NCBI GenBank assembly: GCA_964513745.1
Contig: CAZEOK010000002.1
Span: 7,858-71,857 of the forward strand
Reading direction: 5' to 3'
Length of the DNA: 64,000 nt
Source of the DNA: an uncultured bacterium
Lineage (GTDB): Bacteria > JAUVQV01 > DATDCY01
Shown: positions 44,459 to 54,001 of the stretch, piece by piece
Numbering within the stretch: the stretch's first letter is position 1
Layout: the number at the start of each line of letters is the position of its first letter
Made by a program: the position numbers and the translations under genes
The notes under the pieces: generated by a model
The model's input: only the letters and a program-made list of their open reading frames with translations
Told to the model about the DNA's origin: nothing
Database searches by the model: none

Positions 44459-44817
44459 ATGCCGAGGCGCTCGCGGATCATCCCGACGAGAACGCTGCCC
44501 GAATCGCCCTTCAGAAACATCCCCTGAACCGTGCCGACCTGGCATAGGGGCTCGACGAGCTTTTCATCGACGGAGCAGACGATCACGGGGGTCGTGTCCC
44601 CGCGCTCGAGCCGCAGTGCGCGGAAAAACTCTTCGCCTCCCATCTCCGGCAAAACGATATCGAGGAGGATCAGGTCGATCGGCTCTCCCGCGTCGACGAA
44701 CGCCAGCCCTTCTTTCCCGGTGTAGGCCTGCAGGGACAGCAGGCTCAACCCCGCGAGCAGGATCTGGTAGTACTCCTGGATGTCGACATCGTCCTCGACG
44801 ATGAGCAGGGTCTTCAT
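44455..44817 (-). CDS. stand-alone response regulator receiver (CheY-like)
   Basis: LLIVEDD, LILLDIVLP (phospho-Asp), VIVCS and FLKG (Lys) are all present. 120 aa with no output domain. Confidence 0.85.
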   Translation of the reverse strand: MKTLLIVEDDVDIQEYYQILLAGLSLLSLQAYTGKEGLAFVDAGEPIDLILLDIVLPEMGGEEFFRALRLERGDTTPVIVCSVDEKLVEPLCQVGTVQGMFLKGDSGSVLVGMIRERLGI

Positions 44818-44862
44818 GTCGCAACCTTCCCCTCGACCGGGAGCGTGCCCGCGGCGGCAGAA

Positions 44863-45924
44863 CTAGAGCTTCATGAAAAGCTCGATCTTCGCCTTCTCGC
44901 GCAACATTTTGAGCCTCTGCTCGACGGCGGTCTCCGTCTTCTGCGACACGAGGAACTCGCGGATTTTCAGAGCAACATCCGCCTCGGGAACCAGCCCGGC
45001 GGCCCGCTTCTCCTCGAGCTTGATGATGTGATAACCGAACTTGGACGATACCACGCCGGATAGTTCACCCGGCGTGAGGGCGAAGGCGGCCTGCTCGAAT
45101 TCCTGCACCATCTGGCCATGGCCGAAGAAACCGAGGTCACCGCCCTGTGGAGCCGAGGGACACTCCGAGCTCTTTTTCGCCAGCTCTTCGAAGCTCGCCC
45201 CCCCTTTGAGTTGCACCAGCAGGTTCTCGGCCCTGGCTTTCGCGTCCTGCCGCGTTTTCTCGTCGGCCTTCTCATCCACGGCCACAAGGATGTGGCGGGC
45301 GTGCGCCTGCTCGGGTGACTCGAACTTATCCTTGTTCCCCGTGTAAAAATCGTGCACCTCCGCATCGGAGACCGTGACCTTCCCGGCGATCTCCTTCTCC
45401 ACGAAGCCCTGAATGCTCAGGTTGCGGTTGAATACGGTACGCAGACTATCTTCGGTCAGCTTGTTCTGGGCAAGGGCATCCTTGAAGGCCTCGGGCGTGG
45501 GAAACTGCGCGCGGGTTTTCTCGATCTGGGCGTCAACTGCTTCCTTCGCCGCGAGCATCTTGAGGTTCTTGGACTCCTGGAAGAGCAGCTCTTCATCGAC
45601 CAGGCGGTCAAGAACCTGCTTGCGGAATTCGTTCACTTTTCCGGACTTGTCGGCATGAGTGGAGGGGATGCCGCTGCGCTGGAGAAAATACTCCCAGTTC
45701 CGATCGAATTCCGCCTGGGTTATGCCAAACCCGTTGACCTTGGCAACCATTGCGGTGGCGCCAGCGCCCGGTGCTTTACCGGCCGGCTTCACCGCGGACT
45801 TGGCGCCGGAACCGCCGCCCACCCCGACCGCCGGCTTCTCAGCCGCCTTGTCAGCTGCGACGGCCTGGGTCCCGATCGCGATCAGGACCGTCCAGAGGGC
45901 GATCCACAGGGTTGCTTTTCTCAT
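44863..45924 (-). CDS. periplasmic parvulin-type peptidyl-prolyl isomerase (SurA/PrsA-like)
   Basis: ATG at 45924 gives the signal peptide MRKATLWIALWTVLIAIGTQAVA. Chaperone-like N-region. The parvulin core is HARHILV...GGDLGFFGHGQMVQEFEQAAF...FGYHIIKL. Confidence 0.85.
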   Translation of the reverse strand: MRKATLWIALWTVLIAIGTQAVAADKAAEKPAVGVGGGSGAKSAVKPAGKAPGAGATAMVAKVNGFGITQAEFDRNWEYFLQRSGIPSTHADKSGKVNEFRKQVLDRLVDEELLFQESKNLKMLAAKEAVDAQIEKTRAQFPTPEAFKDALAQNKLTEDSLRTVFNRNLSIQGFVEKEIAGKVTVSDAEVHDFYTGNKDKFESPEQAHARHILVAVDEKADEKTRQDAKARAENLLVQLKGGASFEELAKKSSECPSAPQGGDLGFFGHGQMVQEFEQAAFALTPGELSGVVSSKFGYHIIKLEEKRAAGLVPEADVALKIREFLVSQKTETAVEQRLKMLREKAKIELFMKL

Positions 45925-46020
45925 AGTCCTCACGTTCTCCTTTCCAACCGACCTCGTCATCGGGAGGCTTATCCTTCCCAAAATAAAAATTTTATCACCT
46001 CTGAGCCGGTCGCGCCACTG

Positions 46021-46605
46021 TCATTTCCGGGTACCGTGGAAGTACTCGCTCCCGGCCCCGGGATACACCCTGCGCTCGCTCTCCGGCGTCGGCCGCTTCG
46101 GTGCGGGCCAGACTGCCGCTTGCGGTCCCGCGCCCTCGGCGGCCACGGCCCCTGGTTCGCGATCGACGAACCGCGGTGTCGCGCGCAGGTCGGCCGGCCC
46201 CGCGGCGACCGAGAACTCCACGGGCACCCCGTTCGGATCGAAAGTGTACACCGAGCGCACGAAGCCCTGGTCCATCGCCTCGGAGACCCAGAAACCGGCA
46301 GCCTCGAGGCGGTCCCGCAAATCGAAGAGATCGTCGTCTCCGGCCAGCTCAAGGCAGACGTGATCGAAAACGATGGGACCGCGCTGCGGGGCACCATGGT
46401 CCTTCTCCGGCACGGGTTGCGCGCCGGGCCACTCAAAAAAGGCGACGAGCGTCCGCTCCCCCGCAGCGAAGAAATACTGCCGGTATCCGGGGGCACCGAG
46501 TCTGGCGCACATCTCGAGGCCGACCAGGTCGCGCCAGAAACGTATCGTCAGATCGAGGGATCCCGTCACGAGCGCCAGGTGGTGAATGCCGAGGACGCGA
46601 ACCAT
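46021..46605 (-). CDS. VOC-family (glyoxalase/dioxygenase fold) protein
   Basis: GIHHLALVTGSLDLTIRFWRDLVGLE and FDHVCLEL...VYTFDPNGVPVEF paired beta-alpha-beta-beta-beta modules. Confidence 0.8.
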   Translation of the reverse strand: MVRVLGIHHLALVTGSLDLTIRFWRDLVGLEMCARLGAPGYRQYFFAAGERTLVAFFEWPGAQPVPEKDHGAPQRGPIVFDHVCLELAGDDDLFDLRDRLEAAGFWVSEAMDQGFVRSVYTFDPNGVPVEFSVAAGPADLRATPRFVDREPGAVAAEGAGPQAAVWPAPKRPTPESERRVYPGAGSEYFHGTRK

Positions 46606-46704
46606 GCGCTGTTACATACGCCAGAGCCCAGCGCCGCGTCAAGGATCAGCCCTGGGCTGTGGTACCATAGCGTTGATTTCGCAACCATCGACGAGGAGGA
46701 TGCC

Positions 46705-46989
46705 GTGCCCAAGTATATTGTCCTGTCCACGCTGACTGACCACGGGCTCAAGACCCTCAAGGAGAACCCTGACCGCCTGACCGAGGTCAACACGGAGATC
46801 CAGCGCATGGGCGCCAAGGTGCTCGAGCAATGGGCAGTTCTCGGGCAATACGACTTCGTCAACGTCATCGAAGCCCCGGACAACGCGACCATGACCCGCG
46901 TCTCGGTCGAGATCGGTTCCCGCGGCTCGGTGCGGCTGATGACCCTGCCGGCCGAGGACGCCCGGGAGTTCGTCAAAAGCCTCAAGTGA
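46705..46989 (+). CDS. GYD-domain protein
   Basis: GTG at 46705 lies 5 nt after GAGGAGGA. PKYIVLSTLTDHGLKTLKENP...VLGQYDFVNVIEAPD is about 94 aa. The rest of the 545-aa ORF 45352..46989 is antisense to other genes. Confidence 0.75.
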   Translation: MPKYIVLSTLTDHGLKTLKENPDRLTEVNTEIQRMGAKVLEQWAVLGQYDFVNVIEAPDNATMTRVSVEIGSRGSVRLMTLPAEDAREFVKSLK

Positions 46990-47020
46990 CGTCCCAGCGC
47001 ACGGAAGCCACCGGAGGGCG

Positions 47021-47812
47021 ATGATGCGGCGCCAGCCTCTGCTCGCGGAGCTGGTCGCGCGACGCGAGCTGGTATCGAACTTCGTCGTGCGCAATCTCAA
47101 GCAGCGCTACAAGGGTTCGGCGCTTGGCTTTCTCTGGTCGCTGCTGCACCCGCTCTTTCTCGTCCTCATTTACCTGGTCTTCATCCGACTGATGCGCTTT
47201 TCGATGCGACTGCCACACCTGCTCGTCGGGGTCATGGCCTGGCAGTTTCTCTCCCTGTGCGCCGGGGATGCCGCCGGTGTCGTTCTCGGGCACGCATCGC
47301 TCGTCAAGAAGACCTGGTTCCCCCGCGTCATCCTGCCGCTCTCGGCGGTGCTCGGCAATCTTGTGCAATTCGGCCTCTCCCTGCTGGTGCTGGCCGTCGC
47401 CCTGCCGGTGCTCGGCGTGGCGCCCGGCGTCGGCTGGCTGCATCTGCCCTGGCTGATCGCGTTGCAGTTTCTCTTCTGTCTCGGCATCTCGCTGGGACTC
47501 TCCGCGCTCAACGTCTTCTTCCGTGACGTCGAGCACCTGGTTCCGATCGGCTTGATGTCCTGGTTTTTCGTGACCCCCGTCATCTACTCGGCCGAGCACG
47601 TCATCGAGAACCCGTCACTGCCCGCATGGGTGGCCCCCGTTTTTTTCGCCAACCCGATGGCCGCACTGCTGGCGTGGTACCGCCACGCCTTTCTCGGCGA
47701 CCCGCTCCCGGCCGTCGCGCTCTGGCCGGGGCTGCTCGGGGCGCTCGCGGTCTTCGTCCTCGGGGCATTGCTCTTCAACCGTCTCGAGCCCCGCTTCGCC
47801 GATGAGCTCTAG
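47021..47812 (+). CDS. ABC-2 type polysaccharide/polyol-phosphate export permease (Wzm/TagG-like)
   Basis: RELVSNFVVRNLKQRYKGSALGFLWSLLHPL signature and a 6-TM profile. Confidence 0.85.
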   Translation: MMRRQPLLAELVARRELVSNFVVRNLKQRYKGSALGFLWSLLHPLFLVLIYLVFIRLMRFSMRLPHLLVGVMAWQFLSLCAGDAAGVVLGHASLVKKTWFPRVILPLSAVLGNLVQFGLSLLVLAVALPVLGVAPGVGWLHLPWLIALQFLFCLGISLGLSALNVFFRDVEHLVPIGLMSWFFVTPVIYSAEHVIENPSLPAWVAPVFFANPMAALLAWYRHAFLGDPLPAVALWPGLLGALAVFVLGALLFNRLEPRFADEL

Positions 47813-49007
47813 CGCCGCGATCACGGTCGAGAGCCTCGGCAAGCGCTACCGGCTCCAGCACCAGGGGCAGACCACCCTCAAGGCCACGGCGCTGCGGCTG
47901 TTCTCGCGCGGATCGATGCACGGCGAAGAGTTCTGGGCGCTGCGCCGCGTCTCCTTCGAGGTCCGGCGTGGCGAGACGCTCGGCATCATCGGCCGCAACG
48001 GCGCTGGCAAGAGCACACTGCTCGGCCTGATCGCGGGCACCATCACCCCCACCGAGGGGACCGTCGAGGCCAGCGGCCGCATCAGTTCGCTGCTCGAACT
48101 CGGAGCGGGCTTTCACCCGGACCTGACCGGACGCGAGAACGTCTTTCTCAACGGTTCGATTCTCGGGCTGCGTCGTCGCGACCTCGTGCGGCGCCTCGAC
48201 TCGATCGTGGCCTTCTCCGAGCTCGAGCGCTTCATCGACCTGCCGGTCAAACACTACTCTTCCGGGATGTTCGTGCGACTCGCCTTCGCGGTGGCGATGG
48301 AAGTCGACCCGGAGATCCTCATCGTCGACGAGGTGCTCTCGGTCGGCGACGAGCGTTTTCGCGAGAAGTGCCGCGTGCGCATCGGCGAGTTCCGACGGCG
48401 CGGCAAGACCTTCCTGATCGTCTCCCACGACATGGACACCATCCAGACGATCTGCGACCGGGTGCTCGTGCTCGACCGCGGCGAGGTCGTTCTCGCCGAC
48501 GCCCCGGCGCGGGCCGTCAACGAGTACCACGCCATCAACGCCCCCGGCGAAGGCAATGATCCGGCGGCTCGCGAGTCGGGCACGCGCGAGGCCGAGATCC
48601 TCGGGGTCGAGCTGCTCAACGCACGCGGCGAGGATGTCGCCACCCTGGGCGCGCGCGAGGGATTCACCGCGAGCGTCCGCTGGCGGGCGTCCCGGCGGAT
48701 CAGCGACCCGGTCTTCGGCTTCGCGCTCTGCGACGCCGAGGGACGGGTTCTCTACGGCACGAACACCGCCATCGACGGGTGCGCCATCCCCGCGATCGAG
48801 AGCGACGGGAAGATCGCACTCGAGATCGAGTCGATCCCCTTTTTACGCGGTCGCTACTACCTGACCTTTGCCATACACTCGCGCGAGCACCACACCTATC
48901 ACCGCATCGACAACTGCCGCGCGATCACCGTGGCGCCGGACGGGGAGCACGCCGGAACGGTGCGACTTTCCGCGCGGTGGAAAATCAGCGGGTCGTCGGG
49001 TCCGTGA
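47802..49007 (+). CDS. ABC-2 exporter ATP-binding protein with C-terminal beta-sandwich domain (Wzt/TagH-like)
   Basis: GRNGAGKSTL, YSSGMFVRL, ILIVDEVLSVGD, plus about 150-aa C-terminal domain resembling the Wzt carbohydrate-binding domain. 11-nt overlap with the permease gene. Confidence 0.85.
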   Translation: MSSSAAITVESLGKRYRLQHQGQTTLKATALRLFSRGSMHGEEFWALRRVSFEVRRGETLGIIGRNGAGKSTLLGLIAGTITPTEGTVEASGRISSLLELGAGFHPDLTGRENVFLNGSILGLRRRDLVRRLDSIVAFSELERFIDLPVKHYSSGMFVRLAFAVAMEVDPEILIVDEVLSVGDERFREKCRVRIGEFRRRGKTFLIVSHDMDTIQTICDRVLVLDRGEVVLADAPARAVNEYHAINAPGEGNDPAARESGTREAEILGVELLNARGEDVATLGAREGFTASVRWRASRRISDPVFGFALCDAEGRVLYGTNTAIDGCAIPAIESDGKIALEIESIPFLRGRYYLTFAIHSREHHTYHRIDNCRAITVAPDGEHAGTVRLSARWKISGSSGP

Positions 49008-49741
49008 CAACTCGGGCCTCGTCGTTCTCGCTCGCCGCTTCGGTCTTTCTCGTGGCGGCGGCCGTCGCCGCGCCCCACGGGTGGGCCTTCGCCTCGGCCC
49101 CCGTCATCGTCTTCGAGAGCGAGAGCTGCGACCTGGGCAGCGTCGTTCAGGGCGAACAGCCGGATTGCGTCTTCTCGTTTTCGAACGGCGGATCGGGCGA
49201 TCTGCGCATTCTCCACGTGGAGCCGTCCTGTGGTTGCACCACGGCCCTGATTACTGCCGCGCTGACACGCGCCGGGGAGCGCGGTGGCATCCGCGTCGTG
49301 TTCGACTCGGAGAACTTCGCCGGGGAGATCGTCAAGGAAGTCGAGGTGCTGTCGAACGATCCCGTCCGCCCGAGCATCACGCTGCAGGTGAAGGCACTCG
49401 TCGAGCCTGAGATCGATTTTGAGCCGCGGCTGGTCACCTTCGACGACGTGCGTTCTGGCTCGGCGCTCAGGCAGGTGGTGATGCTCACGAATCGCCGGGC
49501 CGACCCGGTGCGAATCCTCCGGCTGAGCGCGGAGCCGGCATCGTATCGCTGCATCCTGCCCGGCTGGGACGAGCGGTCGCTCCCGTTGCAGCTCGAACCG
49601 TGGGACCGCGTTGTGCTCGAGGTACGCTTTGCCCCGCAGAACCCGCTGGCGATGCCGATCGCCGGCGAGTGCGCGTTCGAGATCGAGGGGCCGCGCAGGC
49701 GTCACTTCAGGCTCAAGCTCCTCGCCCTTCCCGCTCCTTAA
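49004..49741 (+). CDS. DUF1573-domain secreted protein (Ig-like repeats)
   Basis: GTG at 49004 overlaps the wzt stop (GTGA). Signal-like SFSLAASVFLVAAAVAAP. CDLGSVVQGEQPDCVFSFSNGGSGDLRILHVEPSCGCT matches the DUF1573 signature. A second Ig-like module follows. Confidence 0.65.
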   Translation: MTTRASSFSLAASVFLVAAAVAAPHGWAFASAPVIVFESESCDLGSVVQGEQPDCVFSFSNGGSGDLRILHVEPSCGCTTALITAALTRAGERGGIRVVFDSENFAGEIVKEVEVLSNDPVRPSITLQVKALVEPEIDFEPRLVTFDDVRSGSALRQVVMLTNRRADPVRILRLSAEPASYRCILPGWDERSLPLQLEPWDRVVLEVRFAPQNPLAMPIAGECAFEIEGPRRRHFRLKLLALPAP

Positions 49742-50619
49742 GGGGCGACCGCTTCGCCTTTCTCGACACGCTGCGCCACGGAGTCGAACATCGCTTTAGC
49801 CCGCTCGTACTGCCCGGTCTCGAGATAGAGATCCCCAAGCGCCATGGCGGCTTCCACATGGTCCGGCTGGTTCCTGATCACCTTGAGATAGAGCTCTTCG
49901 GCGCGGCGGTATTGCTTCCTCTTCAGGCTGGCAGCCGCCAGTTCCATGTCGGAATGAGAGGCCTTCGTCACGCGAGGCGATGCGGCAGGAGACTGCCCCG
50001 CGGTGGGAGCGGTGGGCACCGCGGCCGGGCGGTCGGCGGAGACGGGCGGTTTCACGACGGGGGGGACCACTGCGGTCGTGTGCCCGATGGACGCGGGCGA
50101 TTGAACGACTGCAGGAAACGCCGCGGCCGGGCGTTCAACAGGCGCGGGCTGCTTGACGACGGCGGGACCCGTCACAAGCGGCACCGCGGGATGTTGCACC
50201 GGGCTGCGCGTAAGAAAATACAGGACCGCGGCGCAGACCACGGCCAGTGGCACGCCCGCCGCTGCCGCCCGGAATGCCCACCTCCGAAACCGCTCCGGAT
50301 CTGCCCCGGCAGGTTCGTCGCGGCCGCCCCGATGGGACCTCCGGAATCCGGGCTGCTCCTGCGCCCGCACCAGTGCTGATTTCTCGTCGAGCAGCCGCAG
50401 CACCTCGAGTTTAGTCTTTTCCAGCTCCTCGACCTCGGCGAGGATTTTCTGCCACTGCTTGCTCCGGCGCTCGTTGATCTGCTCGCCCCGGACATTCATC
50501 CAGTGGATGGCTTCACTCAGCAGCTGCTTCGAACGGAGCTTCAGCTCGAGCCGCCGCTCCAGTTTCTCGTAGAAGTGTTCCAGCTCGGTGAGGTTTTTCT
50601 TGCTCAGGTCTTTTTCCAT
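49738..50619 (-). CDS. membrane-anchored coiled-coil / Pro-rich / TPR protein (hypothetical)
   Basis: About 90 aa of charged heptad-like N-terminus, one TM (VPLAVVCAAVLYFL), a Pro/Ala/Val-rich spacer and a C-terminal TPR-like YRRAEELYLKVIRNQPDHVEAAMALGDLYLETGQYERAKAMF. The start is 50619 or 50652. Confidence 0.55.
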   Translation of the reverse strand: MEKDLSKKNLTELEHFYEKLERRLELKLRSKQLLSEAIHWMNVRGEQINERRSKQWQKILAEVEELEKTKLEVLRLLDEKSALVRAQEQPGFRRSHRGGRDEPAGADPERFRRWAFRAAAAGVPLAVVCAAVLYFLTRSPVQHPAVPLVTGPAVVKQPAPVERPAAAFPAVVQSPASIGHTTAVVPPVVKPPVSADRPAAVPTAPTAGQSPAASPRVTKASHSDMELAAASLKRKQYRRAEELYLKVIRNQPDHVEAAMALGDLYLETGQYERAKAMFDSVAQRVEKGEAVAP

Positions 50620-51491
50620 GAATCCGGCTTTCTCCCTGCATCTCGTCGACACCCGGCTCGCGTCGGTCGCATTATACCTCCGCGCTGCCGTTTTTCAGGC
50701 AGGCTTTTTTTCGCGGGATCAACCGCCAGTACCGGTACAAGCGGACGCCGAAACGACTCCCCCGGAAAGATCACTTCCTCAAGGAAGAGCCCTGACGGCG
50801 GAGCGGTGACCTGGGCCGGGTACGGCGACGGGCCGTCGAAGAGAGCCTGGAAATCCGCCCCTGATATCTCGCCGCGCCCGACGCCCGCGAGAGCGCCCAC
50901 GACCCGCCGGACCATCTTCCAGAGAAAATGCGAGGCCCGCAGCCGCACGAGAATGAGATCGCCGGCCTCGACGAGCTGCACTTCCTGCACAAGAACCATT
51001 GTCGACGCCCCCTTCTCGACACGCTTGTCGGTGAATCCCGCGTAGTCGCGCATGCCGGCAAGACCGACCGCGGCGCATCGCATGGACTCGATGTCGAGGG
51101 GGTCCTTGACCCACCAGACGAAGGGTTTACCGAAGGCGGTTCGACGCCGGGAGATCTGGTAGAGGTACGAGCGTCCCGTGGCGTGGTGGCGAGCGTGGAA
51201 GCGGGCGTCGGCGCGACTGGCGGAAAGGACGTTGATGTCGGGCGGCAGCAGGTCGTTGAGACCGTGAAGGACTCTCTCCTCGGGAAAGGCCTTCTGCGTC
51301 TCCAGGTGGGCGACCTGCCCGATAGCATGCACCCCGGCATCGGTACGCCCGGATCCCTGGAGCTCGACTGGCCGGCCGAAGGCCTCAGCGGCCGCCTGCA
51401 GCAATTCGCCCTGGACGGAACGGGCATTCTCCTGCCCTTGCCACCCGTGGTAGCGCGTTCCCTGATACTCGATCGTGAGACGATAACGCAC
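50604..51491 (-). CDS. truA: tRNA pseudouridine(38-40) synthase TruA
   Basis: YRLTIEYQGTRYHGWQGQ and the catalytic GRTDAGVHA motif. GTG at 51491 is chosen because it directly precedes the conserved N-terminus. The upstream part of the ORF looks non-coding. Confidence 0.85.
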   Translation of the reverse strand: MRYRLTIEYQGTRYHGWQGQENARSVQGELLQAAAEAFGRPVELQGSGRTDAGVHAIGQVAHLETQKAFPEERVLHGLNDLLPPDINVLSASRADARFHARHHATGRSYLYQISRRRTAFGKPFVWWVKDPLDIESMRCAAVGLAGMRDYAGFTDKRVEKGASTMVLVQEVQLVEAGDLILVRLRASHFLWKMVRRVVGALAGVGRGEISGADFQALFDGPSPYPAQVTAPPSGLFLEEVIFPGESFRRPLVPVLAVDPAKKSLPEKRQRGGIMRPTRAGCRRDAGRKPDSWKKT

Positions 51492-51646
51492 GAACCGTAG
51501 GATACCCCAAGGGCGCTGCGGACTGCTTGACAAAAATGACGGGTCACGCAAAGATATCTGGTGATTAGTCTGGTGAGGCGCACCACGCGCCGCACCGACA
51601 GGATTCTCACGAACCAGGTTGTTCATACGGAGGTTCGGATCCAGAC

Positions 51647-53953
51647 ATGCTGCGACGGTCGTTGACGATTCTCACGGTTCTCCTGCCTCTGGTCGCCTTC
51701 ACCGGCTCAGGTCGCCGGGCCACTGCTGCAGAGCCGGTCCCCGCGGAATCCTCACCTGCCGCGCCTGCATACGCCTATCCGGTCATCACGGCTATCGGCG
51801 TGGTCAAGGGCAAGTCCGGCACGCTCGTGACCATCAGCGGCAACACCGATCTGAAATACGACTATTTCGTCATCGATGGCCGGAGTCTCGTCATCGACGT
51901 ACCCGGCGCCACCAGTTCGGTCTGGCCGGCGGAGCAGCAGGTGAACGACGATTTCGTCAGCCGGGTGCGGGTGGCGCAGCAGAGCGGCGACAGACCGGGT
52001 GTCCGGGTCGTCTTCGACCTCAAGCGGCCGGACGCCTTCACGGTTCGCGGGGACACCGGCCAGATCGCCGTGTGGTTCGCTGCCGGGAAGGCCGCAGCGG
52101 CTCCTCCGGAAATTCCGGCAGCGGCGGCGTCAGAAGCTCAGCCTCCGGCGCAGACAGCGCCGGCCACACCCACCGTCGCCCCCCCCCCGGCGCCGGCAGC
52201 ACTCACCCGGGTCACCGATGTCACGGCAACCCGTCTCCCGAACGCGTTTCGCGTCGCAGTGAAGACTGACGCGAAGCCCGTATACCGGGTGCTGGAATCG
52301 GGAGATCCGCAAAGGGTTGCCATCGCCATCGATGCTGCCGCGCTCGGGCCGGACTCCCAAAAGGCGACCGACTACTCGGATCTGGGCACTCCCATCACGC
52401 GCATTTCCGTCTGGTCCGAGCAGCACGAGCCACCGGTGGCCATGATCGCCATCGACCTGCGCCAGCCGTTGCCGTTTCGCGTGTTCACCGATGCCTATGG
52501 GCTGAATGTTGATTTCAATTCCGATGTCCGCCGTGCGGCTGAGCCGGTCTCGCCGGCTCCATCGCTCCTGACACCGACCCCTGAGCCGGTTGAGAGCGCG
52601 ACCCGCGGATCGTCTCCCCGGGATTCCGAGCGCCTGACGAAAGCGTTCACGGGCAAAAAAATCACCCTGGACTTCCTCGACGCCGACATCACGGACATCT
52701 TCAGGCTCATCGCCGAAGTCTCCGGCATGAATATCGTCGCAAGCGAGGACATCAAGAACAAGCGCAGCGTCAAGATGACGGAGATCCCCTGGGACCAGGC
52801 CCTCGATCTGATACTCAAGACGAACAACCCCCAGCTCGTGCAGGTCCCGGAGACGGGTAACGTCGTCCGGATCACGACGTTGAACAGCGTGCTCGTCGAG
52901 GAGGCGGCGGCGGAAAAACGCCGTCTTGAACAGATCAAGAACCAGCGCAACATGGACGAGGACATGAAAAAATCCATCGAGGCCCAGCAGAACCTGGAGC
53001 CGCTGGTCTTGAAGAGTTACGCCATCTCCTATGGAAAGGCTGGCGACATCAAGAACTTCCTCGAGAAAAGCCTGATTTCAGAGCGCGGCAAGAATTTGAT
53101 CCAGTACGACGATCGCACCAATCTCCTGGTCGTCCAGGACATCGCCGCCCGGATACCCGAGATCGATCGCGTCGTCCAGGCGCTGGACACGCCGACCCCG
53201 GCGGTCCTCGTGGAGGCCCGTATCGTTGAAGTTTCAAGCGGCTACGAGCAGCAACTCGGCGTCCAGTGGAACATGGCCGGCGTCGCCGATGCCGCCCACG
53301 GCAACGCCACGGACTTCGCGTTCCCGAACTCGATGAGCGTCGGCGGCACGCAGAGCACCGACACCGGCAGCTACCTGGTCAACCTCCCCGCCGCCTCTGC
53401 GACGTCGGGGATCGGCTTCACCTTCGGCCATATCGCAAACACGCTGAGCCTCGACATGCGCCTGTCGGCGATGGAGCAGCTTGGCCAGACCAAGATCCTC
53501 TCCAACCCGAAGGTCCTGGTGATCCAGAACCAGAAGGCGGAAATAAATGTTGGTTCGCAGCTGCCGGTAACCAAGACAAGCTCCGAAGGCGACCGCACCG
53601 TGGAGTGGAAGAATGTCGGTATCGTTCTCGAGGTCAAACCCCAGGTGACGAAAGACAATCGGGTCTTTTTGGAGATTTTGGTCGAGAAATCCTCCCAGGG
53701 CGAGAACGTCGACACAACCGACGGCACAATGTTCTCGATCAACACTAGTCGGGCAAAAACCCAAGTCCTGATCGCGGACGGGGAGACGACGGTCATCGGC
53801 GGGCTCTTCGTGCAGGAGACCATCAAGGACGAAAGCTCGGTGCCCGGGCTCTCGAAACTGCCGCTTGTCGGCTGGCTCTTCAAGAACAAGAGCGACACCC
53901 AGCGCAAGTCGGAGCTGATGATCTTCCTGACCCCGCGGCTCGTCGCGCAGTAG
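51647..53953 (+). CDS. pilQ: type IV pilus secretin PilQ with two AMIN domains
   Basis: Signal peptide and two AMIN-like modules. N0/N1 region ITLDFLDADITDIFRLIAEVSGMNIV. Secretin core SNPKVLVIQNQKAEINVG...VPGLSKLPLVGWLFKNK...LMIFLTPRLV. Confidence 0.9.
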   Translation: MLRRSLTILTVLLPLVAFTGSGRRATAAEPVPAESSPAAPAYAYPVITAIGVVKGKSGTLVTISGNTDLKYDYFVIDGRSLVIDVPGATSSVWPAEQQVNDDFVSRVRVAQQSGDRPGVRVVFDLKRPDAFTVRGDTGQIAVWFAAGKAAAAPPEIPAAAASEAQPPAQTAPATPTVAPPPAPAALTRVTDVTATRLPNAFRVAVKTDAKPVYRVLESGDPQRVAIAIDAAALGPDSQKATDYSDLGTPITRISVWSEQHEPPVAMIAIDLRQPLPFRVFTDAYGLNVDFNSDVRRAAEPVSPAPSLLTPTPEPVESATRGSSPRDSERLTKAFTGKKITLDFLDADITDIFRLIAEVSGMNIVASEDIKNKRSVKMTEIPWDQALDLILKTNNPQLVQVPETGNVVRITTLNSVLVEEAAAEKRRLEQIKNQRNMDEDMKKSIEAQQNLEPLVLKSYAISYGKAGDIKNFLEKSLISERGKNLIQYDDRTNLLVVQDIAARIPEIDRVVQALDTPTPAVLVEARIVEVSSGYEQQLGVQWNMAGVADAAHGNATDFAFPNSMSVGGTQSTDTGSYLVNLPAASATSGIGFTFGHIANTLSLDMRLSAMEQLGQTKILSNPKVLVIQNQKAEINVGSQLPVTKTSSEGDRTVEWKNVGIVLEVKPQVTKDNRVFLEILVEKSSQGENVDTTDGTMFSINTSRAKTQVLIADGETTVIGGLFVQETIKDESSVPGLSKLPLVGWLFKNKSDTQRKSELMIFLTPRLVAQ

Positions 53954-53956
53954 CTC

Positions 53957-53982
53957 GCCGCGGACGCCAGAACCTCCGCGGC
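53957..53982. terminator. GC-rich hairpin between convergent pilQ and the M50 protease gene
   Basis: Perfect 8-bp stem GCCGCGGA / TCCGCGGC with a 10-nt loop. No T-tract on either side. Confidence 0.3.
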
Positions 53983-54001
53983 GCGCCCAGAAGCCGCCGC
54001 G

